Below, piece by piece: positions 34,981-37,708 of a stretch of 37,708 nucleotides of DNA. The stretch spans positions 1 through 37,708 of IMG/VR virus record IMGVR_UViG_3300026255_000014; one strand, given 5' to 3'. How positions within the stretch are numbered: position 1 is the stretch's first letter; the number at the start of each line of letters is the position of its first letter. The notes below the pieces were generated by a model. That model was not told the DNA's origin and made no database searches. It saw nothing but the letters and a program-made list of their open reading frames with translations. Origin of the DNA: a virus. The position numbers and the translations under genes are program-made.

Positions 34981-35456
34981 CAGAACAGGAAAAGAAAGAA
35001 TACTTCAAGTTCGAAAAGGATTCTCAACTAATCATCGACCAATATTACGTGCTGAGAGGACACACCGTAGACAGATCAACCTCGTGCATTTCTTACGACT
35101 GCATATTAGATGGCAAGGATAAAATCGAAGAGAAAATTCGACAAATAGAGCGATCCGATATTCTTGTTGAATTTATCCAAGACGCTGTAAGTTACGCTCC
35201 TGGTTGGTTTTACGAAACAAGATGTGATTATTTACACTACATCTTCATGGACAAAGCTGGAGGATTTATCAGTAGATTTGTCAGGTTGAGTTGGAATAAA
35301 TTCAAGAGTTGGTGCTTGACTGATTATCTTACGAAGAATAAGCACCCATACAGTGTGATTAGCGACAAAGGGTGGGGGCTTACGATTAACTTCTCAATTC
35401 CGATAGATGCTATACCAAAATCCATAGCTACTTATGACAGCAAGACAGGAGGTTGA
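34977..35456 (+). CDS. Hypothetical protein
   Basis: ORF track. Confidence 0.5.
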   Translation: MTEQEKKEYFKFEKDSQLIIDQYYVLRGHTVDRSTSCISYDCILDGKDKIEEKIRQIERSDILVEFIQDAVSYAPGWFYETRCDYLHYIFMDKAGGFISRFVRLSWNKFKSWCLTDYLTKNKHPYSVISDKGWGLTINFSIPIDAIPKSIATYDSKTGG

Positions 35457-35458
35457 AA

Positions 35459-36211
35459 ATGGCTTGGACCCGGATTGACGACAACTTCAAGAATAATATA
35501 AAAGTCCGCAAGGCTGGTGGTGATGGAGTCTTACTCTATCTTTACGGATTGATTCATTGCAATACTAACCTGACAGACGGTTATATTGACGAAGTTTATT
35601 TACCGCAACTGTTTGCAGACGCATTTTGTAAAAGGCCAAAAACTACAGTTGAAAAATTGCTTGAGGTCGGTCTTTGGATCAAAGTTGATGGTGGTTACCA
35701 GGTGAATGACTTTTTAGAATATAACCTGACAAAAGCAGAAATTGAAAAACGTAGGCAAGCAAAAGTAAAAGCAGGACGCAAGGGCGGACTAATCTCAAGT
35801 GAAAGCAAACAGAAAACAGAGAGCATACCAGATGCTCAAGCAAGTGCTCAAGCAGATGCTCAAGCAAAATTCAACCCCATAACCCATAACCCATTCCCAT
35901 TACCAGATAACCCTAAAGATACTACTACCGGTACTTCTTTTTCAGACGTTGCAAAAGCCTATGAAGATGTTTGTGGAGTTCTAAATTCAGTTACCGCTGA
36001 CAAGCTGAAACTGGCTTACAGCGAATATGAGCCTTCCTGGATTATGGATGCTTTGAAAGAGACGGCCGTGCAGAATAAGCGTTCTTGGGCTTATACGGAG
36101 GCAATCCTGAAACGCTGGCAAAAAGAAGGGCGCAATAACGGCAAGCGCGCGGTCAAGCCGGAGCGGTCAGCTGACACGTTCAGGCAGTACCGGAAGGCGG
36201 TGGGGGCGTGA
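35459..36211 (+). CDS. Replisome organizer / DnaD-like replication initiation protein
   Basis: N-terminus WTRIDDNF resembles phage replisome organizer N-terminal domains; C-terminal SWAYTEAILKRWQKEG resembles the DnaD-domain signature. AGGAGG 6 nt upstream of ATG 35459. Confidence 0.55.
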   Translation: MAWTRIDDNFKNNIKVRKAGGDGVLLYLYGLIHCNTNLTDGYIDEVYLPQLFADAFCKRPKTTVEKLLEVGLWIKVDGGYQVNDFLEYNLTKAEIEKRRQAKVKAGRKGGLISSESKQKTESIPDAQASAQADAQAKFNPITHNPFPLPDNPKDTTTGTSFSDVAKAYEDVCGVLNSVTADKLKLAYSEYEPSWIMDALKETAVQNKRSWAYTEAILKRWQKEGRNNGKRAVKPERSADTFRQYRKAVGA

Positions 36212-36402
36212 GCGACAAAATGTGCGCGACTTGTAAATATTTTCAAACTTCAATCAGGCAGCCGCAGGGGTCTAGTCAGAAAGAGTTAGTCATGACCTGC
36301 CGCAAAGGGCACGTTCCTATCGCGTGGTTTAGCGGTAGAGAGTGCGAAGACTATCAACCAAAACTATCAGAGACACAGGAGCAAACATGTACCAAAAACT
36401 AA
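36208..36402 (+). CDS. Small cysteine-containing hypothetical protein
   Basis: ORF track; CATC...C..GH. Confidence 0.4.
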   Translation: MSDKMCATCKYFQTSIRQPQGSSQKELVMTCRKGHVPIAWFSGRECEDYQPKLSETQEQTCTKN

Positions 36403-36746
36403 TATTGATCGGCCATTTAGGCAACATTCCAGACACTCGCTACACAGCAAAAGGTGATCCCGTGACGAGCTTCAGCGTGGCGACTTCGCGGCGTTACGGT
36501 GAGACGGACGAGACCACCTGGTTCAGAGTGTCGGTGTGGGGCAAGCAAGCGGAGGCGTGCCAGACTTACTTGCACAAAGGCGCGAAGGTGCTGGTGGAAG
36601 GCAGGTTACGCCCTGACTCGAACGGCAACCCGACCACGTTCCAGCGCAAGGACGGCACGTGGGGCGCGAGCTTCGAGGTGACCGCAGAGAACGTAAGGTT
36701 CTTAGACGGCAAGGCTGATAGTGAGCCTGCTGAAGTGCCGTTTTAG
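36387..36746 (+). CDS. ssb: Single-stranded DNA-binding protein
   Basis: MYQKLILIGHLGNIPDTRYT...TWFRVSVWGKQAEAC..YLHKGAKVLVEGRL is the SSB OB-fold signature. Confidence 0.85.
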   Translation: MYQKLILIGHLGNIPDTRYTAKGDPVTSFSVATSRRYGETDETTWFRVSVWGKQAEACQTYLHKGAKVLVEGRLRPDSNGNPTTFQRKDGTWGASFEVTAENVRFLDGKADSEPAEVPF

Positions 36747-36755
36747 GAGGATGAG

Positions 36756-37124
36756 ATGAGTAAAGAGTTCAAAATAAATCTTCTCGAAGAAATGGATTTG
36801 CTTTATGCCAAGATACACAGACTCGAAGACGTTTGTGAACAGGCGAACATTATGCTGAATCAGCGAGATGAAATCGAAGAGGGGCTCAACAAGCGCATTG
36901 CCGAGTTTGAGGAAAAGCAACGCTGGCGTGTTGTTGCAGATGGAGAGTTGCCGGAGGTGTATCGGGATGAAGACGGCGAATTTATACCCTTTCTTGTTTG
37001 CGAAGGAGACGGAGACCGCCCATTCATAGCAATGTATGGCGGTAAAAACTGGCATGCTGGAATATTTGTGCCTGACATCACCCACTGGATGCCCTTGCCA
37101 GAATTGCCGGAGGTGCAGGAATGA
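36756..37124 (+). CDS. DUF551-like protein
   Basis: C-terminal HWMPLPELP resembles the DUF551 signature; ends in the conserved PEVQE junction. Confidence 0.5.
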   Translation: MSKEFKINLLEEMDLLYAKIHRLEDVCEQANIMLNQRDEIEEGLNKRIAEFEEKQRWRVVADGELPEVYRDEDGEFIPFLVCEGDGDRPFIAMYGGKNWHAGIFVPDITHWMPLPELPEVQE

Positions 37125-37309
37125 GCGACATTAAAGAGTATCAGTCAGATTCAATAGTTTGCGATTTGTGTAATGGAAAAGGAAATATATTGATGACCTT
37201 CCATGATTGGATTTTAGATGAAACGCGCACGGAAGTGAGTACCTGTATCCGTTGTAAAGGCAAGGGCTTCTTGCATGATGGCAAACAGCCGCCGGAGGTG
37301 CAGGAATGA
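37121..37309 (+). CDS. Small zinc-ribbon protein
   Basis: CDLCNGKG...CIRCKGKG; ends in the PEVQE junction. Confidence 0.55.
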   Translation: MSDIKEYQSDSIVCDLCNGKGNILMTFHDWILDETRTEVSTCIRCKGKGFLHDGKQPPEVQE

Positions 37310-37638
37310 ACACGCTTAAACCCTGTCCGTTTTGTGGGAGGACACCGAATCCAGACTGGACTGATGAGAGCTACATAGAGTGTACAAATCGTAAATGTTC
37401 TCTTTATGGTTATGGAATGAGTACAGGCGACTGGAACACCCGCCCAATTGAGGATGACCTTCGCAAGCGCATTGCCGAGTTGGAGGCGCTTGTTAATGTG
37501 TCGGAAGGTCTTTACGAGCGTATCTATGAGCAAGCAGCCCGCATTGCCGAGCTGGAGGCGGAGATTGTCCAACTTACCGCTCACGATGCTACAGAGCGGC
37601 AAGATGATAAGTGGATACCGGAGGTGCAGGATGTGTAA
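37306..37638 (+). CDS. Lar-family-like zinc-ribbon protein (putative restriction alleviation), paralog A
   Basis: Same N-terminal zinc ribbon and coiled coil as 1066..1395; complete copy of the gene truncated at 1..312. Confidence 0.6.
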   Translation: MNTLKPCPFCGRTPNPDWTDESYIECTNRKCSLYGYGMSTGDWNTRPIEDDLRKRIAELEALVNVSEGLYERIYEQAARIAELEAEIVQLTAHDATERQDDKWIPEVQDV

Positions 37639-37708
37639 CTTTTTCAGTTTTGTAACAGACCCAGTGAATCACCCAGCGGAGTATTACTACTTCGACTGGG
37701 AATATCGC
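37327..37708. repeat. Terminal redundancy, right copy; identical to 1..382
   Basis: Direct sequence identity. Confidence 0.9.
37631..37708 (+). CDS. 5' end of the tandem-repeat protein gene (duplicate of 305..382), truncated by window end
   Basis: Identical to 305..382. Confidence 0.45.
   Translation, partial: MCNFFSFVTDPVNHPAEYYYFDWEYR

Noticed and set aside
36499-36681. Arg-rich 60-aa ORF in an alternative frame inside ssb
   Set aside because: Lies entirely within the confidently assigned SSB gene; low-complexity translation.

Overview
The window is a complete genome of a tailed dsDNA phage (HK97-fold, siphovirus-like), written with a 382-bp overlap: positions 1..382 are identical to 37327..37708, so the unit genome is about 37,326 bp, either circular/circularly permuted or terminally redundant. 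All supported genes are on the + strand, mostly tightly packed with ATGA/TAATG stop-start overlaps. Gene order is: early promoter and small zinc-ribbon genes (32.2 kb on), recombination/replication (ERF, MT-A70 methylase, DnaD-like replisome organizer, SSB), a cassette array of small zinc-ribbon genes that runs across the window junction (DUF551, Lar-like x2, tandem-repeat protein), membrane proteins, HNH, TerS, DNA methyltransferase, intein-containing TerL, portal, protease, major capsid, connectors, duplicated major tail protein, chaperones, tape measure, tail/fiber genes, modular endolysin, then a post-lysis accessory module (16-repeat protein, methyltransferase/glycosyltransferase-like fusion, metallophosphatase-like protein, FmdB zinc ribbon), ending at a terminator and a repeat-rich non-coding region. 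No integrase, repressor, tRNA or CRISPR array was recognised. Host cannot be assigned; the modular endolysin, DnaD-like and Gp15-like proteins weakly suggest a Firmicutes-like host. All protein calls rest on motif recognition by eye, with no database search run. The most unusual items are the conserved CCGGAGGTGCAGGAATGA gene-junction cassette array, the WCT-type intein in the TerL P-loop, the post-lysis accessory module and the GGGTTCA heptamer array.
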